The notes beneath the pieces were generated by a model. It was not told the DNA's origin. It ran no database searches and worked only from the letters and a program-made list of their open reading frames with translations. From the human T2T-CHM13v2.0 reference genome, Homo sapiens: a stretch of 64,000 bases of DNA. The stretch is from the NCBI RefSeq assembly GCF_009914755.1, contig NC_060930.1; one strand, given 5' to 3'. Position numbers and translations under genes: made by a program. This document shows, piece by piece, positions 35,928 to 49,322 of this stretch (position 1 is the first letter of the stretch; each line of letters opens with the position of its first letter).

Positions 35928-36322
35928 TTGTAATGGTTTGAATGTGTCCCCAAAAAGCATATGTTGGAAATGTAATATTCAATGCAACAGTGTTAGTAGG
36001 TGAGGCTTAATGATGAGAGGTGTTTAGGTCATGACGACTCCATCCTCATAAATGAATTAATGCCAATTACAAAAAGGCTAAAAGCCTGTGAATTCAACCT
36101 GTTGCACTTGGGCGCTCTCTCTTTCTCTTTCTCTCTCTCAGCTCTCTTTTTATCCCTTTTGCCTTCCACCACAGTATGAGGCAGCCAGAAGATTTTTGCA
36201 AGATGCAGGCCTCTCAACCTTGGATTTCCTAGCCTCTAGGACTGTAATAAGTCAATCTCTGTTCTTTAAAAATTATCCAGTCTTGGATATTCTATTATAG
36301 CAGCACAAAATGGAGTAAGACA
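35928..36322 (+). mobile_element. MST-type (MaLR) solo LTR
   Basis: TGTAATGGTTTGAATGTGTCCCC ... TATAGCAGCACAAAATGGAGTAAGACA. Confidence 0.85.
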
Positions 36323-36352
36323 GTATTTCTATCCATAATTAATTTTTGTTAG

Positions 36353-36768
<416 letters not shown>

Positions 36769-37249
36769 TGAGCAGAAAAATTTAGATTTAATGCAATGAT
36801 ATAAATGGACATTACAAATGCATATATATCTGGATTACTTCTGCCATCATATTTTTATATTTACCATGTTTTTTCATTTTTTAGTCTTCTGTCTCAATAA
36901 ATTTCATCAAATTGCCTTTGTTACTTCTGTCTCTATGCAAATGATTTCTTATACATCTTTTTCCTTTTTTCTTATGATCCAGTTTTTGAAATATTTTTCT
37001 ACAAATAAGTAATGCATGTGATGCATATCTACAAGAATTTTAAACATCCATTTTTTCCCACCAGTCACATGAAGGAATGGAACGTTACCCTTAACATTAA
37101 AGTTTCCTGTATTTGTCTTCCCTTAGAATCTCCCTTCCTCTCTGCAAAATGCAACTATTATTCCAAATTTGGAGTTGATCATTATCTTGCTTTTCATCAT
37201 AGTAAATATTGTCTTTGTCTGACAACAAATTAACATCATAATTAATATC

Positions 37250-38640
37250 AAAATGTAGTTTTCTGTTGTTTTCTTCATTCAACAATATGATTTTAAGAAT
37301 TATGCAAGTTTATTATTTTATCTGTATTCCACTGATCTTGATGTTGCAGAGAATTCCACATTATGATTATGCCAAAATTTGTGTATCAGTTTACCTGCAA
37401 ATGGACACTGGGTTGTTTCCAGCTTTTTGCAATTACAAAGAATGCTCTCATGACTTTTCCTGCACATTGCTCTTGGTGCCTTATTCAATAATTTCCCTAA
37501 GGTGCATATATATTTAAGGGTAGAGCTGCTATGCTTTAGGATATTCTCAGCTTCAACTCTACAAAATGCCAATTTTTTTCCAAGTAGATTATTTCAGTTT
37601 GAAGTCCACCATCAGAGTATGAGTTCCCCTCACCCTACATCCTCATTGATTTTTGATAATGTTAGACTTTTCAATGTTTGTCTATTTAGTGATTTTAAAA
37701 TGTTATTTCAAGGACTGTTCTAATTCACAATTCTCTGATAACTATTGTGAGCTTAACTTTTGTACGTTTATTGGTCTTTTATATATCCCTTTTTGTGAAC
37801 TGCCCTTTCACATCTTTTGATCATTTTCCTATGGGGCTATTCTTAGATGTTCTGGATATTGATCCTATGTAAATTATGTGTGATATAAATAAGTTTAGAT
37901 TGTGGCTTTTTTTCCTTTAGAGTGTGTTTTGATTAAAGTTTCTAATTTTAATGTGGTCAAATTTATTCATCTTCTCTTAACATTTTTGTTTTTAAAATGT
38001 GTATGTGTGTCTTTTTAATAAATATTTTTCTACCTTGAAGTCATACAAATATTTCTTTCACATTTTCATTTAAAAGTTTTACAGTTTTGCCTTCAATACG
38101 TCGGTACTTAGTTCATCTGGAATTTATTATGATGTATATATATCCACTAATCCAGTGTCATAAATTCAAACTTATTGAATTATACATCCTTTACCCACTG
38201 GTCTTTAATGACCATTCTTCACATACAAGGGGTCCTGACACTCTTTCCATTCTATTCTATTGGCCCAGTTGTCTACTCCCTCTCTCACCAATAATAGCAC
38301 ATGGTCTTAAATCCAGTGGTGTATATAATATCTTCTCATGTAGTCAGGAAATTCCCCAACTTCCTCTTTATTTTCAATGGTATTTTGGCTCTTCTTGAAC
38401 TTGTGTTCCTTCGTTTCATTTTAATATCATTGTGTCCAATTCTATAAAACATTTTGTTGAAATTTTTCTAGAAATAGCATGAAACTATAGATCACATTGG
38501 GGAAAACTGGCATTTTAATGATATTGATGCTTCCTAACCATGAATGTGTCTCTCCATCTGTGCAGTACTTCTTCAACTTCTTTTAATGATTTTAATTTTC
38601 CCCACTAAGATCTTGCATGCCTTTCCTTTTTGAGAATTTA
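37250..38640 (-). mobile_element. Old L1M fragments (antisense)
   Basis: T-rich, with L1 3' region motifs (GGACACTGGGTTGTTTCCAGCTTTTTGCAATTACAAAGAATGCT). Confidence 0.65.
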
Positions 38641-38650
38641 TTCCTGATTA

Positions 38651-39381
38651 CAGTGGACCCTTCAACAATGCGAGGGTTAGTAGCGCTGACCACCTGTGCA
38701 GTCAAAAATCTGCACATAATTTTTGACTCCTCCAAAACTTTACTAATAGCCTACTGTTGATCAGAAGTCTTACCAATAACATAAAGTTATTTAACATATA
38801 TTTTATATTTTTATGTGTTATATACTGTACTCTTACAGTAAAGTAAGCTAGAGAAAAGAAAATGTTGGCCAGGTGCGGTGGCCCATGGCTGTAATTCCAG
38901 CAGTTTGGGAGGCTGAGGCAGAAGTGCTTGAGACAAGGAGTTGGAGACCAGCCTCAGCAACATAGCGAGACCCCATCTCTACAAAAAATTAAAAATTTAG
39001 CCAGGTAGGGTGGCGTGCACCTGTAGTCCCAGCTACTTGGGAGGCTGAGGTGGAGAATCGCTTGAGCCCAGGAGGTTGAAGCTACAGTGAGCCATGATAA
39101 CACTGCACTCTAGCCTGGGCAACAGAGCAAGACCTTGTCTCAGAAAAGCAAAGAAAATGTTATTTAAAAAATCATAAAGAAGAGAAAATATATTTACTAT
39201 TCATTAAGTGGAAGTGGAGCATCATAAAGGTCTTCATCCTCATGTCTTCATGGTGAATATGCTAAGAAGGAGGAAGGGGAGGAGAGGTTGGTCTCGCTGT
39301 CTCAAGGGTGGCAAAGGCAGAAGAAAATCATATATAAGTAGACCTGCACAGTTCAAGCCCATGTTGTTCAAAGGTCAACTG
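38651..39381 (+). mobile_element. Tigger2a (MER28) DNA transposon MITE with a nested AluJ (38867-39149)
   Basis: TIRs CAGTGGACCCTTCAACAA and TTGTTCAAAGGTCAACTG, each flanked by TA. Alu TSD AAAGAAAATGTT. Confidence 0.88.
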
Positions 39382-40703
39382 TACTGTAAGTTTGTTATAT
39401 AAACCAGTTAATCACATTTCTACTTTTTTGTTTTTATAGAAAATGCAATAGATTTGTTTATATATTTAGCCAACCACTGTGCCAAACTCTTAATTCTTAT
39501 GTTTTAGATTATTTTTCTCTGTAGACAATTGTATCATCTATGAATAATGAAAGTTTGCTTTATTTCATTCCTATCCTTCCAACTTTTTTTTTGGTCTGTT
39601 GTTAAAAGCCCCCCTATCCCATGCCTAAGTAATAAGTAATCTCAATATTACATTCCATCTCATATAATAAAATTTGACTTCCTAAAAGGGCTTGCTTCTT
39701 TTTAATTCAATGTCAATGCTGGAATTTCAGTTCTTAGCCTTGAAACCCTGGTGAAAAAATTCTCAGCAAGGTAAGAAGGAAAAAAATGTTCTCCCCTGCT
39801 CCTGAAGCTGGAGAGAACAATAAATGAAAACTGTTGTCATAAATGGTTATTTCTAACAATTTTTCAAACCCCTAGACTTCAAATATTTTGGACAGGACCT
39901 GACAAAATGACCCTTAATCTGTAAAACATCTGTACTTTTGACCACTCATCTTTCTTAATAATTCAGTTCTCTGGTGATAATGTTTGAGCTTAAAATCTCT
40001 ATCTTCAGAAGGTAACGTGATTTGTGAATTTTCTGTCAAATCAGGAAAGAATCACTGGCATTGCCCTCTTCCCACACATGCATAGGATAAAATAGCTCTA
40101 CTGGACTTTTTATTAATCAAAGAGCCCGAGAGACAGCTGAATGGCTGAACCAAGCAGAGAGTGGAAACTTGGGGAGGGTAATTCCTTGCTGGGCCTTAAA
40201 AGGAGTCCACAAGATAGGAAAAAAACGAAAAAGCCAAATAAGATGAACCTCTATTCAGGCCCCAATGAGAGGCTGCTTGACTCTGATCTTTCGTTAGCTG
40301 GCTCAAAATTTTGTTCTTAAAGAATTATTTTTACTCAAAATCAAGAACTGTTAGAAAACAAGAAAAATTATGGAGTTTTGTTGTTGATTTCCACCTCTCT
40401 ACATATATATATGAAATACATATCTCCTCCCGATACACATGCACACACGCAAAAACATATTTAACTGAAACAACGGTTTCATGAAACTATAGTTACTCTC
40501 ATTACCTGTGATGCAGGCAAGTATTTTCAATTGTATTTTATTCTATTTCATTCTACTTGGAAAAAAAGTCTTTTGGTCTCAACATAAATGGGTTCTGACC
40601 TGCAGTTTCAAGCCAATACGTTACAGTAAGAGTAAATGTAGGGTTTCTCCCAGTTTTATCTGGCAGTCCCAAAGTCAGGATCAGAGTAACCGATGGAGCA
40701 TCA

Positions 40704-41072
<369 letters not shown>

Positions 41073-41099
41073 CTAGTCTGGCTTTCAGGGTCTTAGATG

Positions 41100-42550
41100 A
41101 GGTTCGGAAGTGGACTTAGGAGCCTTAGGAGCGCAGCCAGTGCTGTGGATTCCCACATCCACGTGACCTGCGGTTTCGCGTTATTCCATTCAGGGATAGA
41201 TGACGTCCCTCATTTCTACCTACCAGTGGGCTGGTCAAGATTCTCATTTATCAAGTCAGTTGGAGTGGGCTTAAGTAAGTTCTCAGCCAAGGCTGTGGGG
41301 TCTGGAGGACCAGATATCCCGACCAAAAGCCCCCCCTCCCATTCCTTTCACACGCCTGCCGCAGAGGTGCACGGGTGCGAGTGGGGAACTGAGGCAAGAA
41401 GCAGATGGGGCGGCACCGAGAGAAGAGAAACTACGCTAGAGGAAAAGCTCGAGCTGTTACCCCTCCCGACTTCTTCCGCCTTCCGCCTTCCCCCTTCCCC
41501 CTCTTTCCCCTCTTGCCCCTCTCCAGCTTTTCTGGTCCAACCCTCTTCTGCGCCTAACACTGGCACCTCCTTTTCTTCCGGCTGATGAATAATTGTCCGC
41601 AAACCAGCCTCTCTGGGGCACTGAGGGGCGGGAAGGTTAGAAGGAGCCAGGGCTAGAGTCCTGGAAGGTGGCAGTCAGGTCGCAGGGCCACAGCAGTCAC
41701 TCTGCGACTCTCTCTTCCGGTGTTTCTCCAGCGCCAAGCGGGAGAAGACGGAGCCTGGGAGCTGGGACTGGAGGAGCGGGAAGCGCAGTATCGGGACCAC
41801 GGCTCTGGGACCAGGAAAAACGCAGACTCTCCAGAGTCAATGTCTACTTCAGCCAGCTCAAGGGCGCGACAACCTGGCGCCGAGCATCTCAGGCCGCCGC
41901 GGGGACCCCCCCTAAGGGACTCGGGAACACCTGCCTACCCTAGAAGAGGCGGAGAATAACCCCGTAGGGAGTTAAGCGGCCTCTGCCTACAGCGTTCCTC
42001 CCGCCTCCACGGCGCCGAGCCCTGATTGACGTTCAGCCAGGCCAATCATAGCCTGTGTCTGAGGCGCGCGGAGCTGGAGCGCCCAGGGCATGTCCGCCGA
42101 TCCCAAGGAGGCAATCTGTCAGGCGCCGCCCGGGCGGCAGTATGCCTGAGGGGGTCCTCCGTGTTCGCGCCTCCCGCCGCCTGCACTGAAAGGTCTGTAC
42201 CTGAGCCTGGATACTTGAACAGAGGCAGATACTGCGGCTCAAAACCCCAAGGGTAGGTGCCTATTGTGCGGAGTCTCGGAACGCCTGTCTGGAAGAAGAG
42301 TTCCGGCGGCTCCCCGAACGCTTGGAGAAAGCGCTTGGATGCAGTTGCAGGGTGAGATTTGAGACGGTGATTGTGTTTTCCAGCAGGCGCTCAGGCGGGG
42401 TGGTGAAGGAGGGATACAGACCTCTAAAGATTCCTCTCTCGTTGGGGTGAGGTGGGGAACAGCAGTGACAGTAGTTCTCATCCCTGAGCCTCCTCCGGGC
42501 CGGCCCGTGGAGGAGAGAGAAGGGGAGGGAGAAGGGTTTGCCCAGGCCTT
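41100..42550. promoter_or_regulatory. CpG-island promoter, probably of a lncRNA (recalled as LOC100294145)
   Basis: CpG rich. ETS/GABP motifs (CGGAAGTG at 41105, tandem TTCCGCCTTCCG, CTTCCGG), E-box CCACGTGAC at 41159, TGACG plus CCAAT at 42027-42046, and donor-like GG|GTAGGT at 42253. Confidence 0.75.
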
Positions 42551-43554
42551 CAGACACTTTACTTTGTGGGAGATGTATGTGCTGAGTGTCCCTGCTCTGG
42601 AGGGATTGTTAAAGAATCCAGGTTCTTGGGGAGTGTCTCAGGAGAACACTCCAGGTGATATCCTTATTCTTCCTATTTTCACCGTGTTGGTTTTTTTTTG
42701 GATATAACTTGTTCCCTTTAACCCGAGGTGGCCTTGGTGTCTGGCAGCTGTTTTCTCTGCCAGGCACCACCCTCTGGGCCTCACGTCTTCATCCCTCAAG
42801 TCCGCTGCCTCTGAGCTGCTACTTAGATCTGGTCTGTTTCTACCTCTGCTGGACCAGAAGTTTGCATTAACGCCCCCACCCCATCCTGCAAGACCGGCGC
42901 TTCCAACCAAGGGCTCTCTCCTCTGAACCTAGAACCTGCTTGGAAATCGAGTATTTCCTCTATGCCCAGGTGGAGATTGATGTTTGGGTTTCACATCTGC
43001 CAACTCTGTTGGGTACTATGTCGTTTCTCAGCTTGGTTGTATGTGCCTCCATTGAGTGGACCGTATCTCCAGAATTTCTCCTAACCCTCCCAGTGTACTC
43101 CCCTGCAATCCTTTCTTTTTTTCTCCAAATCCCCCACCCCCCACCAGAAATGACTTTACCCCTGTGCCACTTATTTTGGCCTGGAGCACTAAGGAGCCAT
43201 ACTACACCCAATGCCAGAGGTGGAACAGAAATGAGGTTTGAAATGGGAACCAGAAGCTAATCTGTGGGAAATTCTTTTACTCCTCAGACGTGTAAAGATG
43301 TGTTGGAGACTCTCGTAAATATGTATTCAGTAATGCAGCATATACAGTGATCACCATGTATTCATTTTTTATGGGAATCAACAATTCAGAATGATCAAAA
43401 ATCCCTGTGTGTAGAGACATGAATCTATAGGAATATCACACATAGTGAGCACAACTGTGAGTGAAATCCCATGTTTCATGCATCCCAGCAGTCCCAAAGG
43501 GAGCCTCCAAATGTGTACGGGATTCAGACTCCATGTAACCTGCATCTGTCTATG

Positions 43555-44000
43555 CACTAGCTATGTGAGCTGTTACCTCAGTCTTGATGAGGTTACTCAG
43601 GAAGTCTGGGATCTTGATTTTTGCCGGTCACTGATCACCTGGCTACAGGAAAGGAGACCTAAATCCAGAACTTAAATTTATGAACACCAGGTCTGTAGGC
43701 ACTAGACCTCAGAAGTAGGTGAGTAGGTGGCTATTGGTTGGTCCCTTCTGGAGTGAGGCAGAGATACCTATGCCATATGCAACATAAAAGGTTGCCTGAG
43801 CCCCTCAGCCTGAGGTAGAGTAAGGAGGGAGAGGTGGAGAGGGACTTTCTTCTCAGACCAGGGAAATCAGAAGCCATCAGATGCCTTCAGTAGGGAATCC
43901 AGCACAAAGAGGATCATAAGTCATCTCCCCACTTCTCTATAGTCATCATAGACGTAATTGCTAACCTACCCTTCCTTGGTGCTCTGGTTAGTAGAGTGAA
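43555..44000 (+). pseudogene. HLA-Z: MHC class I gene fragment (HLA-Z): alpha3 exon, intron 4 and TM exon remnants
   Basis: 43741-43818 reads [25 protein letters not shown] (class I: [26 protein letters not shown]). It is followed by the class I intron-4 start GTAAGGAGGGAGA. 43921-43998 reads SSPHFSIVIIDVIANLPFLGALVSRV (class I: [26 protein letters not shown]). Confidence 0.88.
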
Positions 44001-45979
44001 GTTGAGATAATATAAATGAAAAAACTGAGCAGAAAGGGAGTGAGGATACGGGGCCTCTTCAGTTTGCCTTATGGGCTTCCCACTCTAAATAGATGAGGTA
44101 CACAACATTCTGGCAGTATCACACTAGGGCCAGAGTTGGTAGCTCACAGATGTACGATAGAGGATGGAAGGAGTATGCCTCTCAGGCAGGCAAGTTTAGC
44201 CTGGTAGACAGAGGATGTGGCTTAAAAGTCACTGCCTACAAGACCAGTGCATGCAAGTGAGTCCCTGCTGCTGCTTGGATCAGAGGAGGTGAGGCAGAAG
44301 GCTGATGAAAACCCACCAACTGATGGTCAGTCCGAGAAGCAGTCAAGATGGAGAACTGCAAAATTAACAGCTTAAGTTTTCCAGGAGTCTCAGTGCCCAA
44401 TGTCAGGTCTACCAGGGATGTCCAGCCCCTCTGGTCAGAGCCCCAGGAGCCTTGTCTGAATGTGGATCCCCTCTGCTTATTCAAAGAGACCTGGGAAGCT
44501 GAGCCAGGAACCTGGATAATGACCAGAAAGTCACCCAGACACCTGAGAAATGCCTCCCTTATATCCAAGAGATCCCTGTGTGTAGAACACATGAATCTAT
44601 TGGAATATCACACACAGTGAGCAGACTCTTCTTACACTTACTAAACTCTCTTCGTAGATTTACTAAATTTTTCACCAGTGACTCAATGGAGCGAAACCAG
44701 GTCCCAGACTCGATTTAAAAAAAAAAACCACACACACACACACACAAAAAGTTCTTTAGGTGAGCATGTATGCATGTGTAAATGGTACTATACAATGGTA
44801 TGATTGGATAGTCAAAGGAATATCTAACCCAAGTGTACATAAGGAGTAAATTTGGAGTCAGAGGAAGTTGGTCATTGTAGGAAAGTAACTGCTGCAAGAA
44901 AGATTTCTTAGAATGTAACTGTCTAATATGAGGCATTTATGCCTCTTTTCCTCCATGTTTCTAGTTTCTGCCTTGGGTTTGGCATTTATTGTTTATCCTG
45001 CTTCAAGTATAAGACTAGTGGTTTATTCGAGGGCCCACAACTTCCACTTCTACCCTGGCGTCACACAGATCATTTTCTCTTCTCAAGTCATTGTATTTTC
45101 ACTGGTAGTAAAAGAGGATAATATCTTCATCTTCAAATAAATTAGTGGGAGGGATTCAAATTATGAGGGAAAAGAAAAATTGGTTCTTCTGCTGTAGGGA
45201 AGGGTTACTGAAAATTAAAGGACAACCTACTGAGCTGAAGAGAGCTTTGGGGTTTGGTAATTTGGGGTGTGAGGTGGATCTTCAGGAATGCCATGGGCTT
45301 CAAGACTAGTGTGTCTCTCCCTTAGTATGTTCCTCCTCAGTTTGAGAGGACTTCCTGGTAAAGGACTGAAAGAAATGTCCACTCCATCATGTCTCTGCTG
45401 ACACCTAGCTTCTCTTCTCCAGTTATAAGTCCATTTTCCTACTGGGGTAACACAAGAAGGAGGAAGAATAGCTCAGGGGTCTTCCCTTCACATCTCTCCT
45501 ACAAGGATTGTGAAATGTCATATGCCTCCTCCCATAGACTTAGACAGACCTAAAATTGTCAACATGTGTCCAGATAGTTGCAAAAAATATATAATTTCCA
45601 ACATATTCTCCATATTAACACTTTAAAATAAAACTGTTAATCGCTCATATGTTCAATTCAATCTAAATATCATAATGTTTTGACACCCATTATCATTAAT
45701 TTAAAAAATATACAAACAACCTCTTTCTTAATGGTTGGAAATTTTACATTGCTCTTTTTTCCCACTTTGAATTCATATTTTTATTCTACCCCCCATGTAG
45801 AATTTTTCTTTTTCTTTTTTTTTTTTTTTTTTGAGTTCTCAACCCTGGTTACATCCTAATGTAATTTTTTTCTTTGTTCTTGGAAATCTTTTATTGAGCC
45901 ACCTATTCTGCTTCTTTGCAACAAAATATGTTCTTACATTGAATTTTTAATTTCTTGTTGTAAGTGTAAAAGTTATATG

Positions 45980-46280
<301 letters not shown>

Positions 46281-46335
46281 GTTATATGGATTAAGATAGG
46301 ATTACCAACTGTTAGAGATCAAAATAATGTCAGTA

Positions 46336-46654
46336 CAGATTGGATATGCCTTATTTGAAATGCTTGGGACCAAAAGTGTGTTGGATTTCAGATTATCTTG
46401 GATTTTAAAATATTTGTATATACATAATGAGATATCTTGAGGCCGGGACCCAAGTCTAAGCATGAAGTTCACTTATGTTTCTTATATACATTATGCACAT
46501 AGCCTGAAGGTAATTTTATACCATATTTAAAATAATTTTATATGTGAAACGAAGTTGTGTTAAGTACAGTACTTACATGTGGCATCATATTGGTGCTCAA
46601 AAAGTTTCAGATTTTGGAGCATTTCAGATTTTCTGATGAGGGATGCTCAATCTG
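46336..46654. mobile_element. Tigger4/MER46-type MITE
   Basis: TA-flanked TIRs CAGATTGGATATGCC ... GGGATGCTCAATCTG. Confidence 0.8.
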
Positions 46655-46699
46655 TAATACACATTTTGGTAAATAAAAGTGTAAGTTTGTAATGGTAAA

Positions 46700-47320
46700 A
46701 TTTAACTAGAAATGCATCTCTTAATGAGATGGATAGGGACTTTATTTTCCCAATTTCATGTTGACAAATGTTACTTATTGTTAATGAATCTGGGCTGTAT
46801 ATTATTTCAATTAAAAAATTTTAACATGAAAGAACTAAGGAATCTTGATCATATAAATGAATGAGAAAATAAAGACTTGTTGAGGCAACTTCACCCAATT
46901 TTTAAAATTTCTTCTTAGTCGTATGCAAAACTCACATAATGGGCTATTATTAAATAATATTTTTAATAATCTGTCAGCTGACAACTCAAGTATAAGGTTC
47001 TTCTTCAATTTTGTTGAAAGCAAAGAATTAGAAACCAATTGACTTGCAAAACTATTTTTATACATACATTAGGTTCTTTCACTTTGTTTTTAGAACTATA
47101 CCAAAGACTTCACAAAGTCTTATAAAATAACTAATAATTATACCTGCTGCTCTTTCCCTTAGAGATACCTTGTTCATGAATCTCAAATTAGATAAAACTA
47201 GGGTTAAAGAAAAACAACCCCCCACACACAAAATTGGAGATCAAAAATCAATAGGTTCTTAAAAAATATCTCTTCATTTTTTATGTCATCTGGAAGTGCC
47301 TTTTAAAACTATGACACAGA
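46700..47320 (-). mobile_element. hAT (Charlie-like) transposase remnant
   Basis: ORF 46835..47065(-), 'LILELSADRLLKILFNNSPLCEF', resembles the region before the hAT C-terminal dimerisation domain. Confidence 0.55.
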
Positions 47321-48085
47321 GATGGTGCTGTATAGTTTACAGTTCATGTGTGTGTGTGTTTAATTTCATTATTGTACAAAATTGTTAATTTTATAATCAT
47401 GCATTTGATAGATGTAAAACAGTGTGTCAGCCTCCAAGCGGGAGAAATTAATCCAAAATAAATGAAGCTGGATTTCTAAAGTTTAGAGCATCACATCCAA
47501 GATTGCATTTGGGAACATTCTGTTTTGTATCCATACACAAATGAATTTCTGTTTTTAAGAACACAATTTAATCTACTTAGTGGAAATCAACAGCAAAATG
47601 AAGAGAAGGTATTAGATAATTAATAAATATAGGTTTACAGAAATTCTATTACTGACTGCTATTATGTGCATTAATTACAGCAGAATCCACAAAACATTTC
47701 CATCAAATTAAATCTTACTCTAGGAGGTATATGATAAAAATAAATAAATGAACAGAGAAATAACAGCATACTATAAACTGTTACCCAAATAGAAAAATAT
47801 ATTTACACTATCCAGAAATCTTTGGTAAAAGTTAATGAAAATATTTCCCCTATTAGTTAGAAGAAGTTCAAGAAAACATACATTAAAATACCTTCAATAT
47901 GTGTTTGTTTTACTCCAAGATGTGATGTTGATCTGTGAGAAATTAATTTTGAGCGTTTTGCCTCCACTGCCTTGAAATAATGCAAAATAAGCAACTGAGC
48001 TGGGGGCAGTGGCTCATCCCTATAATCCCAGTGCTTTGGGAGGCCAAGGAGGGAGGATCGCTGGAGCCTGGGTGACAGAATAAGA

Positions 48086-48119
<34 letters not shown>

Positions 48120-48668
48120 TTGCAACTGAAGCACAGATGGGACACAGGTAAGTGGGAGAACTCACCAAGCTCTTTGTTAGTATTTAGAGTGTTTCATAGA
48201 AAGTTAATATTTCTTAACTTTTTTTTTTTTTTTTTTTTTTTTACAAATTTAGAATATCCTAGCTCTGAGACAAAAATTGGGAACCTCAGCATGAGTTTGT
48301 CACCTGAATGAAATAAAAAAAATCACGTTGAAGGCTGGTGCAGTAACATGTGCCTGTAGTCCCAGCTACTCTGGAGGCTGAGTCAGGAGGATCACTTGAG
48401 ACCAGAAGTTCAGGAATTCAAGACTGGCTTGAGCAACATAGCAAGACTTCATTTCAAAACAAACAGAAAAAAGCCACCACCTTCAGTATTTCTTGCCAAA
48501 GCAAAGGAGCCATTTGTTCTTTACGATGGTCAGGAAAGGAAGCATCAAGGTCATCAAATGAAAAATTTTCAGCATTTCAGCCTCTCTGCTCAGGGAAATA
48601 CCTGAATCTAGAATATCACAACATGAGCCAAAACCGCCCCATTTCTCATGCCACATGTCACTCTTAAC

Positions 48669-48848
48669 ACAAGGTTACTCAACCTCGAGCATGGTTGGCA
48701 TTTGGGGCTGAATAATTCTTTTTTGTAGGGGGCTGTCCTGGGCATTGTAGGATGCTCATGAGCTACCTCAGTCTCTACCACCCACTAGATGCCAGTAGCA
48801 TTGACCCCTGATCTCTCTACCCAAGTTGTGACAACTAAAACCATCTCT
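48669..48848 (-). mobile_element. MER20 (hAT-Charlie MITE)
   Basis: GGGGCTGTCCTGGGCATTGTAGGATG...CCCACTAGATGCCAGTAGCA...AAGTTGTGACAAC. Confidence 0.85.
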
Positions 48849-48854
48849 GGATAA

Positions 48855-49322
48855 TGGAGGAACCTTAAATGCATATTGCTAAGGAAAAGCCAATCTGAAA
48901 GGATTACATATTGTATGAGTCCAACTATATGGTAATCTGGAAAAGGCAAAACCATGGAGACAGTGAAAAGGTAGTGGTTACCAGTGGTCCATGGGAAGGG
49001 TTGGATGAATAGGTGGAGCACAGAGGATTTTTAAGGCAGTGAAACTATTCTGAATGATACTGTAATGGTGGATACATGTCATACCTTTGTCAAAACCAAT
49101 AAAATATAACAACCAATAAAACTGCACAAAGAGTGAACCCTAATGTAAACTATGGACTTAATAATGTATCAATATTGGCTCACCAATTTTAACAAATGTA
49201 CCACACTAATGCAAGATGTTACTAATAGTGGAAACTGGAGGGAAGAGGGCTTGAGGGGACATACGGGAACTCTCTGTAATTCCTGTTCAGTTTTTCTGTA
49301 ACTGTTAAACTGTCCAAAAAAA
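48855..49322 (+). mobile_element. L1MC-type 3' end
   Basis: GAGTGAACCCTAATGTAAACTATGGACT, ACAAATGTACCACACTAATGCAAGATGTT. Confidence 0.8.

Noticed and set aside
42022-42049. Possible MHC S-X-Y module (TGACG plus CCAAT)
   Set aside because: No clear X1/RFX box, and orientation and spacing do not fit; treated as generic CRE/NF-Y motifs.
41097-42910. ORFs within the second CpG island (e.g. 41097..41585, 162 aa)
   Set aside because: Low-complexity, with no recognisable homology; they cannot be supported as proteins without Ribo-seq.
48781-48797. CTCF-like CCACTAGATGCCAG in MER20 (also GTGCTAGAGGGCA near 15047)
   Set aside because: Mismatches in the core; the first is part of the repeat consensus. 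Too weak without ChIP data.
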